A stretch of DNA of 64,000 nt from an uncultured bacterium (lineage in GTDB: Bacteria > Patescibacteriota > Doudnabacteria > UBA920): positions 16,483-80,482 of the forward strand of contig CAVVMJ010000004.1 of NCBI GenBank assembly GCA_963749445.1, read 5' to 3'. A program made the position numbers and the translations under genes. Of the stretch, positions 48,885 through 57,474 are shown in pieces. Under the pieces are notes generated by a model. It saw only the letters and a program-made list of their open reading frames with translations, was not told the origin of the DNA and ran no database searches. Each line of letters begins with the position of its first letter. Position 1 is the stretch's first letter.

Positions 48885-48983
48885 TTGATGGGCATCTTTT
48901 TGCCAATACAACCCTCGACCATTGTCTATCGTTGGCCGATAATTACCAGTCAGCGATTGTGGAGCCACGAAGGTGCCCATCAA
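48885..48983. mobile_element. MITE-like element copy 6 (inverted orientation) at the edge of the GC-rich DksA/IS1595 island
   Basis: TTGTTGATGGGCATCTTTTTGCC...CCGATAATTACCAGTCAGCGATTGTGGAGCCACGAAGGTGCCCATCAA. Confidence 0.7.
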
Positions 48984-49144
48984 GCCATAAAAAATAATTT
49001 CGCCGGCCAAACCCTCAGAGGGAATGGCCGGCGCCGTCGTCGGTAGCCGAGCAATTGGGCTCCGACGAGTCCGTAAAATAATACCTGTCAATCCATTGCT
49101 CTGTAGGAAAGGCAGCCATTATCTTGCGGGTGTTGGTTGCGTGG

Positions 49145-49528
49145 TCAGCTGGCTTGCGCCAGTAATTCTCCGACGGGCATCCCGTCGGGTTCGTTGCGGT
49201 CCACTGCCTCCTGACACTTGAGGCAGTATTCGGTCCACGGCACTGCATCCAGCCGTTTGGGTTTGATTTCCCCTTCGCAATGCAGGCAGACTCCGTAGCT
49301 GCCGTCAACAATGCGGGCCAGCGCGTCTCGCACGTTGTGAAGGAGGTTAGACCCGCGGTTCAAATTGTGGATGGAGAGTTCGCATTCTCCAGCAAGCTGG
49401 ATTTCGTCCATGGCGTCGGGTGTTTTCTCAATAACGATGCCTTTCCGGCATCGTGGTACGGCAATGGTTAACTCGGCCTTTATGGCCTCGAGCGCCGTCC
49501 TGTGTTTTTCAATTTCCGTTTTATTCAT
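49145..49528 (-). CDS. DksA/TraR-family C4-type zinc-finger protein; GC-rich, probably horizontally acquired
   Basis: CLHCEGEIKPKRLDAVPWTEYCLKCQ (a CxxC-x17-CxxC finger) and an N-terminal coiled-coil. GC content is above the genome average. Confidence 0.65.
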   Translation of the reverse strand: MNKTEIEKHRTALEAIKAELTIAVPRCRKGIVIEKTPDAMDEIQLAGECELSIHNLNRGSNLLHNVRDALARIVDGSYGVCLHCEGEIKPKRLDAVPWTEYCLKCQEAVDRNEPDGMPVGELLAQAS

Positions 49529-49665
49529 TTTCGTATGGATCCTAGAGTAAGGAAATCAACCCAACAAAAAACAAGATGCGCGTTTACAACCACGCATCCT
49601 CCGTTGAGTTGGAGTGATTATGGCATTTATTGGCATTTTAGTCAAAACCAGCTTATTGGGTATGC

Positions 49666-50460
49666 CTAGTCAAATGGAACAGGCTTTAGCGTTTTAGATA
49701 AGTAATCATTGGGTGAAGTAAAGATTTCCGGTAAGGAAAATCTGAGGCAAAATTCACTCACGTATTCGGGTAGGTATTGTGGGGTGGTGTGGTGGTACAT
49801 CCTGCGGATAAAAGTCCTTAAGTTTCCAAACATTCCTTCAATTTCGGAGGTCAGGCCAAACTCAAATTTCTTGTGTATATCGACCTTGTGCTTAACCTGC
49901 CACCACTGCTCAATTTGTTTGTAAATACCAGCTCCGTCGGTTTGCAGTTTAGTCTTAGGCTCTATGCTCTGAAAAATGAATTGCGCGGCTTCGGTCTTGT
50001 TGACTGAATTTTTAAAAATCACCTGATGGGCTAATTTTTTACTTCCTACCTGTTTGGCTAATAGTAATGAGAGTTGTTTAAAGTAAGCTTCATCCATTTG
50101 GACACAACCAGTTAAAATCGGCTGCAAATCGGGCAAATGCAATCGAAATTCCCTAAACCAACGGTATACGGCTTCTTCCCCCACATGGCAGAGTTTCTGG
50201 GTCTGGAGCACCGGAATCCTTTGGGTCCAGCACCACAGTAAAGCGTAAAAGGTTCTCAAATTTAATTTCATGCCTGAAAGCCAGGTACCGACCAGCAGGC
50301 TAAAAGGTTTCCGGCACTTCCTACAGCGATAACGATTTTCCGATGAATATACCTTACGGCTACGACACCTGGGACAGGCAAGATTCTTCCCAAAGATGAT
50401 TTGCCTTAATTGCTGTCTAATTTTGGCCTCACTGGGTATCTGGTTTAAGAGTGCGATCAT
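49666..50460 (-). CDS. IS1595-family transposase (N-terminal zinc ribbon plus DDE domain)
   Basis: Zn ribbon CPRCRSRKVYSSENRYRCRKCRKPFS. DDE-region motifs GCVQMDEAYF, LQTDGAGIYKQI and SEIEGMFGNLRTFI, typical of IS1595/ISXO2-like transposases. The element ends were not resolved. Confidence 0.7.
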   Translation of the reverse strand: MIALLNQIPSEAKIRQQLRQIIFGKNLACPRCRSRKVYSSENRYRCRKCRKPFSLLVGTWLSGMKLNLRTFYALLWCWTQRIPVLQTQKLCHVGEEAVYRWFREFRLHLPDLQPILTGCVQMDEAYFKQLSLLLAKQVGSKKLAHQVIFKNSVNKTEAAQFIFQSIEPKTKLQTDGAGIYKQIEQWWQVKHKVDIHKKFEFGLTSEIEGMFGNLRTFIRRMYHHTTPQYLPEYVSEFCLRFSLPEIFTSPNDYLSKTLKPVPFD

Positions 50461-50634
50461 GGGACAAGAGAGTTAATTATCGTTAAAGATATATTACTCT
50501 TGTTCCATCTGCCCTAGTATACTCAGCTTATTTATTGAAATTGTGAGGAGTACATCCGACGAGCAATCCTATATTTATTAGTTGACGGGATTGCTTCGGA
50601 TGCACTCGCAATTTCTGGAAAAATTTATGATTGG

Positions 50635-52839
50635 CTATTCAAAATGTACGCTTTTGCCGGCGATTTTTTCTTTCAAAAGCGGATAGTTGTCTAAATTCAA
50701 ATCATCTTTCAAAATCGCCAAAGCTTCCTGGCGGGCGGGTTCGATCAAAGATGTATAGGAGGGGTTAAAGTATTTAAAATTCCAGCCGGATTGCTGGGAG
50801 CCGTAGACTTCGCCAAAGCCGCGGGTTTTTAGGTCCAGTTCGGCGAGTTCAAAGCCGTCCTGGGTTTTAGTGAAAGATTCAAGGCGTGCGATGGTATCAT
50901 TTTTAACATCTGCTCCAACCACCTCCCCCCGCTTCGCGGGGTACTCCTCCTTAGAAAAGAAGGAGAGGCTCCGCGGATTGTTCGAGGTTAACTGCGGAGC
51001 TTCCCCTCCTTGCTGAGGAGGGGTGTCCCGACGAAGTCGGGACGGGGTGGTTGGACTCATAAATAAAAAACAATAGCTTTGATGTTCGGCGCGGCCGACG
51101 CGGCCGCGGAACTGGTGGAGCTGGGCCAGGCCAAATCTTTCCGCGCCTTCAATGACCATTACGCTGGCGTTGGGGATGTCCACGCCGACTTCCACCACGG
51201 ACGTGGAAACCAAAATTTGGATTTTGTTTTCCAAAAAGTCTTTCATTACGCTCTCTTTTTCCGCGCCCTTGAGCCGGCCGTGCATCAGGCCGATGTTAAA
51301 CTTGGGAAAAACTTTTTTTAAATTTTTCAGTTCGGTCTTGGCGGCTTTGACGCCAAGTTTATCACTTTCTTCAATCAGCGGCGTAATTACAAACACCTGA
51401 CGGCCGGTGTTTATCTGGTTTGCGATAAATTCATAAGCCTGCCCGCGGTTTTTGTGTTCAACCAGCTTGGTCACAATCGCTTTGCGCCCCAGGGGCTTCA
51501 TCTTTATTTGGGAAATATCAAGTTCCCCGTAAAAAGCCAGCTGTAGGGTGCGGGGGATGGGAGTTGCGGATAATGATAGCAAATGCGGTACTTTTCCACT
51601 AGTTTTCATCAACTCCGCCCGCTGCTCCACTCCAAACCGGTGTTGCTCGTCAATAATTACCAGAGCCAAGTTTTTGAATTTTACTTTTTTTTGCAGCAAA
51701 GCGTGCGTGCCTATATATAGACCGGGGCGGCCTTCCGCAATTTGTCTGGTTAAATTAGATTTTTGTATTTTTCCCAGTTGGTCCAAAGAGAAAGAATTGG
51801 TCAAAAGCGCAGTTGAACATAACTTCTGGCCAGAAGTTATGTTCAACAAGTATTTTTTTGTTGTTTCAAAATGCTGGCGGGCTAAAATTTCCGTGGGCGC
51901 CAAAAAGACGGCTTGATAATCGTCGGAGATTGCCTGTAAGGCTGCTATCAGCGCCACCAAAGTTTTGCCGCTGCCTACGTCGCCTTCCAAAAGCCGGTTC
52001 ATGGGCCGCGGTTTTTCCAAATCCTGCAGAATTTCCCAGGCGGCTTTTTTTTGCGCCGGTGTGAGTTCAAAAGGCAAAGTTAAGACAAAGTTTTTGATTA
52101 GCGTCTGGTCAAATTTTATCGGGTAAGCCTGTTTTACGGCCAGCTCCAGTTTGTGTTTTTGCGCCAGCAATTGATTGTAAAAAATTTCTTCAAATGCCAG
52201 GCGGGCTTTGGCCTCCGCCAGCTTTTCGGCGTCATCGGGAAAGTGCGAAAACTTGACGGTGTCGGCAATGGGCAAAAGCCGTTGGCGCCGCAAAATGTCG
52301 GCCGGTAAATTGTCGGTTAAACTATCGGCGAGGTTTAAAACTGCGCCTATCGCGCGCCGGAAAGTTTTGGGGTAAACTTTTTCCGGCAAGCGGGGATAGA
52401 GGGGAACCAAGCGGGAAGTGTGTAGGGGGAAATCGGATACTTTTTCGTAGGTTGGGTTAGTGAGTTGGAGGCTGAAATTGTAGATTTCCGGCGCGCCTGC
52501 CAGGAAAACCTCGTCGCCTTTTTGCAGCTGGTCGGCTACGTACCCTTGGTTAAACCACACGACTTTTAAAGAGCCGGTGTCATCGGAAACCACGGCTTCG
52601 GCCAAAGACATCCGGCTGCGGAACGAAAAACGCCTGCTGATTTGTTTAACGGTAACTTTAATGCTGGCATTTTCGCCCGGGGTTAAATCCTTGATTTTTT
52701 TGATTTGGGAAAAATCCAAATACCTTCGCGGGAAATACAGCAGCAAATCCCGAGCCGCGGTGAGGCCGAGCTTTTTTAAAGCCGCAACCTGCGGCTTGGT
52801 AAAGATTTTTATTTGCTCAATGGCGTCGTCAAGTTGCAT
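50635..52839 (-). CDS. recG: ATP-dependent DNA helicase RecG with an in-frame family-1 palindromic insertion
   Basis: N-terminal wedge domain, helicase motifs GDVGSGKTLVA, DEQHRFGV and QLHQFRGRVGR. The insert at 50906-51054 encodes TTPSRLRRDTPPQQGGEAPQLTSNNPRSLSFFSKEEYPAKRGEVVG. Confidence 0.9.
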   Translation of the reverse strand: MQLDDAIEQIKIFTKPQVAALKKLGLTAARDLLLYFPRRYLDFSQIKKIKDLTPGENASIKVTVKQISRRFSFRSRMSLAEAVVSDDTGSLKVVWFNQGYVADQLQKGDEVFLAGAPEIYNFSLQLTNPTYEKVSDFPLHTSRLVPLYPRLPEKVYPKTFRRAIGAVLNLADSLTDNLPADILRRQRLLPIADTVKFSHFPDDAEKLAEAKARLAFEEIFYNQLLAQKHKLELAVKQAYPIKFDQTLIKNFVLTLPFELTPAQKKAAWEILQDLEKPRPMNRLLEGDVGSGKTLVALIAALQAISDDYQAVFLAPTEILARQHFETTKKYLLNITSGQKLCSTALLTNSFSLDQLGKIQKSNLTRQIAEGRPGLYIGTHALLQKKVKFKNLALVIIDEQHRFGVEQRAELMKTSGKVPHLLSLSATPIPRTLQLAFYGELDISQIKMKPLGRKAIVTKLVEHKNRGQAYEFIANQINTGRQVFVITPLIEESDKLGVKAAKTELKNLKKVFPKFNIGLMHGRLKGAEKESVMKDFLENKIQILVSTSVVEVGVDIPNASVMVIEGAERFGLAQLHQFRGRVGRAEHQSYCFLFMSPTTPSRLRRDTPPQQGGEAPQLTSNNPRSLSFFSKEEYPAKRGEVVGADVKNDTIARLESFTKTQDGFELAELDLKTRGFGEVYGSQQSGWNFKYFNPSYTSLIEPARQEALAILKDDLNLDNYPLLKEKIAGKSVHFE

Positions 52840-52842
52840 AGT

Positions 52843-52916
52843 GGTGCTTCCAGCAGGAATCGAACCTGCATCCCAGCCTTCGGAGGGCTATACTCTATCC
52901 GTTGAGCTATGGAAGC
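52843..52916 (-). tRNA. tRNA-Arg (anticodon CCG)
   Basis: Reverse complement GCTTCCATAGCTCAACGGATAGAGTATAGCCCTCCGAAGGCTGGGATGCAGGTTCGATTCCTGCTGGAAGCACCA. Cloverleaf with a 7-bp acceptor, anticodon loop CTCCGAA, T-loop TTCGATT and an encoded CCA. Confidence 0.85.
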
Positions 52917-52947
52917 GGGTTAATCGTTAATCGTGAATTGTTAATTG

Positions 52948-53418
52948 TTAGAATTTGAACCGGTGCATAATTTTTTGCACAGGGGTTTCCTCGGTTTCTT
53001 CATGCTCCGGCAAATGGCTAAGCAAGAACCGCCTTATTGCTTCCGGGTCCTGTTCTTCCAACTCCAGGATCATCAAATTGTTAAGCAGCGCCGTAGTTTG
53101 CAGGTTAAGCGTTTTGTGCCTTTCGTTGTGGACAATCCAAAAATGTTTGATTTGTTTGTAGGGGAACATTAAATTGCCAAATTTTACCCCGCGATGATCC
53201 AGTTCAATAACTACAATTTGCGGCTTTTGGCGCGCAAAGAAAAAAATGAACGCGGCAATAATCGCCAGGCACACGGCGGCAAAAAAATCCCGCTCAATGG
53301 CGAAAAAACCGATAATCAAAATGCTCACCGCCGCCAGGGTAATGAACCAGGCGTGGTTTTTTTCGTAGTGCCGAAACTCCGGCGCCTGCCAGGAGATGAT
53401 GGTTTGGTTTGTAGCCAT
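52948..53418 (-). CDS. Hypothetical membrane protein (two N-terminal TM helices)
   Basis: HAWFITLAAVSILIIGFFAI...AAVCLAIIAAFIFFFA. No family match. Confidence 0.35.
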   Translation of the reverse strand: MATNQTIISWQAPEFRHYEKNHAWFITLAAVSILIIGFFAIERDFFAAVCLAIIAAFIFFFARQKPQIVVIELDHRGVKFGNLMFPYKQIKHFWIVHNERHKTLNLQTTALLNNLMILELEEQDPEAIRRFLLSHLPEHEETEETPVQKIMHRFKF

Positions 53419-53422
53419 AGTT

Positions 53423-53680
53423 TTATTTGGGTGAAAGAACCCAGTAATTAATGACTCCCCAAATGATAATCAAGGTAATGAATATGGTTGTAATGAAGAT
53501 GCCGACTTGATTTGCCTGTTTCCAGGCTTTGTGGGCGCTATAAAGCCAAAAAATTTCTGAAACTAAATTGCTGAGTAAGCCGTACTGCGGGAGCTTAAAC
53601 GAAGTTAGCAAAAAGCCAAGCATGGTAAACCCAATCAACCCTACTTGCATCAGAGAATTTGCAGTCAAAAATTTTTTCAC
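53423..53680 (-). CDS. Hypothetical small membrane protein (3 TM)
   Basis: 85-aa hydrophobic ORF. No family match. Confidence 0.3.
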   Translation of the reverse strand: MKKFLTANSLMQVGLIGFTMLGFLLTSFKLPQYGLLSNLVSEIFWLYSAHKAWKQANQVGIFITTIFITLIIIWGVINYWVLSPK

Positions 53681-53803
53681 AAAAAAAACGGGTTTTATTT
53701 TGCCTTTCGGCTTCGCTCAAGGCACTCGCCTCGTTTTAAGGATCGTCGTTGGTTGAGGCCTCACAAAGGCCGAAACCACGAGCGAGCTTTGACGTAGTCA
53801 AAG

Positions 53804-53894
53804 CGAGTCGAGTGGCGGAAGCGAGAGGATTCGAACCTCTGAGGGACTCATCATCCCTAGCAGTTTTCAAGACTGCCCCGATAGACCGCTCCGG
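53804..53894 (-). tRNA. tRNA-Ser (anticodon TGA) with a long variable arm
   Basis: Reverse complement GGAAGCGTGCCGGAGCGGTCTATCGGGGCAGTCTTGAAAACTGCTAGGGATGATGAGTCCCTCAGAGGTTCGAATCCTCTCGCTTCCGCCA. Anticodon loop CTTGAAA, a type-II variable arm and an encoded CCA. Confidence 0.8.
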
Positions 53895-54204
53895 CACGCT
53901 TCCTGATCTACCTCGATCGTAGAAGCCGATAAATCGGCGCACTACACACGGTGGTTAACTATATTATACCATTTTATATCTTAGTAAGCAACAAGTAGTA
54001 CTATCCGCCTTCGCCAAGGCTTCCGCCTCCGCTAAAGCTACGGCGGACAAGTCGGCGGATTGCCCGCTATGTTTTATATTGATATTGTGGGCAACAAAAA
54101 CAACCCACCTCTAGAATGGGTTGTTTTTATATTTTTCGGTTTTAAAGCTTCCGTGGACTGCCATCCTGAATTGAGGAAATATGCTTATTTCCTCTATCAA
54201 GATA

Positions 54205-55377
54205 TCAGTGGTTATAATCCGTTTGCGGCGCGGGGTCTTCTATAATATAGCTGCCGACGGCGGTGTTGGGGTCGGGGAGAGCGGATTGGCTGCCGGCCGG
54301 GGTAGAGGTGGAAATATTTTTGTCGCTTGGGTCGGTGGAAGTCGCGCTGGCCGGCGTAGTGGTCGCCGTTCCTTTGACTTGTCCGGCCATGTCCACAATA
54401 TTAATTTGCCGGGCGATTAAAACGGTATCCGTTTGGTCACCCAAAATTTGCACGGTTTGGTTGAGTTTTAGATCCTGCGGGGCAATAACGGCTCCTTTGG
54501 AGTCTTTAACAATTGTCGATCCGGTCAAAGTGAATGTTTTATTTTTGACGGATACGGTGTTGTAGCTAAGTTGGCTAATAGTACCCGTGGCGCTGACGGC
54601 ATTGGGGTTGGACTGCAACGTCGCCAAAGCTTGGTCTCCTTCGGCCGCGGTGAGGTATTGCTGAATGGCCGCCACTTTGCCGGCGGTTTTCTGGGCGGCT
54701 GCCAGCACGCTCTTGTTTACGCCCGCGGTTTTTTGGGAGTTTAAATTCTTAAGCAGTGCCTGTTGGTTGTTGGTTATGGTTTGCAGAGATGCGATTAAAG
54801 GATGATTTTGGCTAATCGCGGTTGTACTGGCTTGGTTTAAAGCGTCAATGGTGTTTTGGGTTTCCGCCGCCAATTCGCTTAAAGCTGCAGCCTGCTTTTG
54901 CGGGTCACTGCTGCCGGATCCGTTGAGCGCGAGTTGGGCATCGTCCAGGCGCTGTTGGGCAATGGCCACCTGGAGATTGATTTTTTGCTGCTCATTTAAG
55001 GTAAAGGCCAGTTGCGCGTGTTCGCCGGCTTTTTTAAGTCCAAAAAAAGTATCGCCCGGGCGGCTAACGTAGGTCGCGTAACCGGTGCTGATTCCCAAAG
55101 CGGCCAAGAGCAGTACGGACATGCTGACCGCGGCAAAACGCGACACGTGGAGCCAGCCAAGCCAAAGTTTTCTTGCCGGAGCCAGAATGTATTTGCGCTG
55201 CATGGCTGGTTCGGGCACGGTTTTTTTGGGGAGATTTGATAAAGCCAAAGCCAAATCCAGCATCCCTGCCAGTTCGTCGGTGATTGCCGGATACTTTGAA
55301 AGAATCTCCGCTTTGGTGCGGCCGGCTTTGAGCTCCTCTAGAGCTTTGTCGTAAATTTGTTCTATATCCTGGGGCAT
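54205..55377 (-). CDS. Anti-sigma-factor-like membrane protein (N-terminal cytoplasmic domain, one TM, extracytoplasmic coiled-coil/DUF5667-like domain)
   Basis: Immediately downstream of the ECF sigma gene. TM FAAVSMSVLLLAALGISTGYA. Q/A/N-rich coiled-coil C-domain. Confidence 0.45.
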   Translation of the reverse strand: MPQDIEQIYDKALEELKAGRTKAEILSKYPAITDELAGMLDLALALSNLPKKTVPEPAMQRKYILAPARKLWLGWLHVSRFAAVSMSVLLLAALGISTGYATYVSRPGDTFFGLKKAGEHAQLAFTLNEQQKINLQVAIAQQRLDDAQLALNGSGSSDPQKQAAALSELAAETQNTIDALNQASTTAISQNHPLIASLQTITNNQQALLKNLNSQKTAGVNKSVLAAAQKTAGKVAAIQQYLTAAEGDQALATLQSNPNAVSATGTISQLSYNTVSVKNKTFTLTGSTIVKDSKGAVIAPQDLKLNQTVQILGDQTDTVLIARQINIVDMAGQVKGTATTTPASATSTDPSDKNISTSTPAGSQSALPDPNTAVGSYIIEDPAPQTDYNH

Positions 55378-55597
55378 ATCTGGTTGGGTTATTGTGACGA
55401 CCTGTGTTTGAAACAGTAGTAGGGCATTGGGTATGGCGGCCGGTACGGAGAATGGTAATAGGATATTGGTTTTGGCGGCCGGTATGGTGGTAGGTTTTAA
55501 GGTATTTGTTACCTAAAACCCATTCCTTACAACCACACCGGACGCCACGCCTTATACCTTACTACTTATTTCTGTACTGGCCGCTACACCTTATAAC

Positions 55598-56194
55598 CTA
55601 CAACCGTTTATTTATCCGTTGTCTGATTAATTCCTGCAACTTTACTATCGCTCGGTGCTGAATAACCCTTATGCTGCCTTCGCTTTTGTGGAGCATCTCG
55701 GCAATGGTGGGGTTGTCCAAATCTTCAATAAATTTTAACTTGATGACAATTTGTTGTTCCGCGGGTAATTGTTTAAGCGCGGTCATAAACATCCGCTGGT
55801 CCTGGTTCAGGTTTACCGCGTCCACAATGTTGGCTTCGTATTCCAGCGTGTTTTCAAGTTCGTCCAGCGGCACGTCTGATTTTTTTTCGCGGTAATAATC
55901 AATCACCGCGTTGCGCGCTATCTGGTACAGCCAGCCCTGCAAAGCGTCGCCATCGCGCACCGAGTGGATTTTGCCGAAAGCTTTTAAAAAGATTTCTTCG
56001 GCCAAGTCTTCGGCCACTTCTTTGTGGCTGACGCGGAAGTAAATAAAGCGGTAAATCCTTTTAAAAAACAGGTTGTAAATTTCCCCAAACGCCGCCTGAT
56101 CCCCGTGCTTGGCTTTGCCAAAAACATCGGCGGAAAGGGCTTTTTCCGAGTCGGAATTTAACGAGTTGATTATATAGACGGAACTTGGGTCCAT
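55598..56194 (-). CDS. ECF (sigma-70 family) RNA polymerase sigma factor
   Basis: Region 2 (FGEIYNLFFKRIYRFIYFRV...AEDLAEEIFLKAF...WLYQIARNAVIDYYR) and region 4 (QQIVIKLKFIEDLDNPTIAEMLHKSEGSIRVIQHRAIVKL). Confidence 0.8.
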   Translation of the reverse strand: MDPSSVYIINSLNSDSEKALSADVFGKAKHGDQAAFGEIYNLFFKRIYRFIYFRVSHKEVAEDLAEEIFLKAFGKIHSVRDGDALQGWLYQIARNAVIDYYREKKSDVPLDELENTLEYEANIVDAVNLNQDQRMFMTALKQLPAEQQIVIKLKFIEDLDNPTIAEMLHKSEGSIRVIQHRAIVKLQELIRQRINKRL

Positions 56195-56565
56195 TTGTTA
56201 CAAAGGGGATTTATTAGGCAATGTTTGGGCGATTTTTGCAAAATTTCGTTTTTTCGTTTCTATGGCGCTTACTATTCAAAATGTATTGTAGCATATTTTA
56301 AGGACTTGATGCTTATACGAATCTGCCTGCTGATTGGGTTTGGCAAACAAAAAATCCAAAACAGGTTTGGATTTTTTTGTGGCGGAGAGGGGGGGATTGT
56401 GAGCCCCGAAAGGCTTTGACACCTTTATCCAGCACCTTCTTATAATATCGTGCAATGAGAATGAATAGTTGGGAGAGTTATCTTTTTGCAGGATTTAAAT
56501 ACTTGGTATGAAGGTGCTGGATTTACCGGTTTACCCCGCACCAATTTTTCGTAACATATATTCTG

Positions 56566-56657
56566 GTGGCGGAAAGGGGGGGATTCGAACCCCCGGAAGG
56601 CTTTGATACCTTCACCGGTTTAGCAAACCAGCGCACTAGGCCACTATGCGACCCTTC
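56566..56657 (-). tRNA. tRNA-Ser (anticodon GCT) with a long variable arm
   Basis: Reverse complement GGAAGGGTCGCATAGTGGCCTAGTGCGCTGGTTTGCTAAACCGGTGAAGGTATCAAAGCCTTCCGGGGGTTCGAATCCCCCCCTTTCCGCCA. Anticodon loop TTGCTAA, T-loop TTCGAAT, CCA encoded. Confidence 0.75.
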
Positions 56658-56699
56658 CACCAGCAAAATATATGATTGTAAAAAAGCAAAGAAATTGGT

Positions 56700-56755
56700 G
56701 CGGGGTTTAGCAAACCAGCGCTACTTGGGCCTCTATGCGACCTCTCCATCAATTA
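56700..56755 (-). pseudogene. tRNA-Ser(GCT) 5'-half pseudo-copy (acceptor 5' strand, D-arm and anticodon arm only), 45 nt upstream of the intact gene
   Basis: Reverse complement GGAGAGGTCGCATAGAGGCCCAAGTAGCGCTGGTTTGCTAAACC, then unrelated sequence (CCGCACCAATTT...) where the variable and T arms should be. Confidence 0.45.
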
Positions 56756-56933
56756 AATATATTAAAATTGCCTTATTATTCTAGCAAAAAGTTCAATCTC
56801 TGGCAATTGTAAGGCACCAGACGGAGGAGGCGCCGTTGCGCTTTAAGACTTGGGCGGCTTCAAGGAGGGTGGCGCCGGTAAATCAAAATCAAAATGGGGC
56901 ATGCAAAATTAAAAAATCCCCGCTTGGGAATTT

Positions 56934-57206
56934 TTAAATTCGTTTATAAATTTGGCTGTAGACTACCGAGCGATGCTGGATTATCAGGATTTTAACGTTA
57001 TTTTGCTCAATTTTAAAAATGACGCGGTAGTCGCCGACGCGAAGCTTGCGGTAGCCTTTGAGCGAACGGCGCAGGGGCTTGCCGTAAAAATCGGGATACG
57101 CGGACAACCGCCGCTCTATCGCCGAGCGGATTTTTTGTTTCCATTCTTCCGAAAGTTTGGGAATGTCATCCCTGACGACCAAAGGATGGTAGCTTAGCTT
57201 GAACAT
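56934..57206 (-). CDS. RelE/ParE-family type II toxin
   Basis: MFKLSYHPLVVRDDIPKL...LKGYRKLRVGDYRVIFKIEQNNVKILIIQHR is the canonical RelE/ParE signature. Overlaps the antitoxin stop by ~1 codon. Confidence 0.75.
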   Translation of the reverse strand: MFKLSYHPLVVRDDIPKLSEEWKQKIRSAIERRLSAYPDFYGKPLRRSLKGYRKLRVGDYRVIFKIEQNNVKILIIQHRSVVYSQIYKRI

Positions 57207-57207
57207 A

Positions 57208-57426
57208 TTACCAAGCTTTAGAATGGGGGACAAAGCGCGCTTTTTTACTGTCGCGCGAGCCGGCAATGGCGTCCCAAACCCGGTCTTCCTCCATTTCCAA
57301 AGCCGTTTCCAGCAAATGGGCGGCTTTGGTGGCTTGGGGAACGTCGTCGCGCAGCGCCAGCCTGTTAAGCCCTTGCCTAACGTGGCCGGGGAGGCTAATG
57401 TTGATTCTTGCTTTTGTGGTGGGCAT
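57208..57426 (-). CDS. Ribbon-helix-helix (CopG/RelB-like) antitoxin
   Basis: 72 aa; N-terminal beta-strand (ARINISLPGHVRQGLNRLA) plus two helices. Encoded immediately upstream of the toxin. Confidence 0.6.
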   Translation of the reverse strand: MPTTKARINISLPGHVRQGLNRLALRDDVPQATKAAHLLETALEMEEDRVWDAIAGSRDSKKARFVPHSKAW

Positions 57427-57474
57427 AGCTTTAGTGTATCAAAAGTGTATCAGTTATGTCAAGTCCTAAAATGG

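Noticed and set aside
1332-48983. A possible CRISPR array suggested by the recurring 19-bp TTGATGGGCATCTTCGTGG sequence
   Set aside because: The copies occur as inverted pairs ~100 bp apart that bound discrete elements kilobases from each other. They are not regularly spaced direct repeats, and no cas genes are present.
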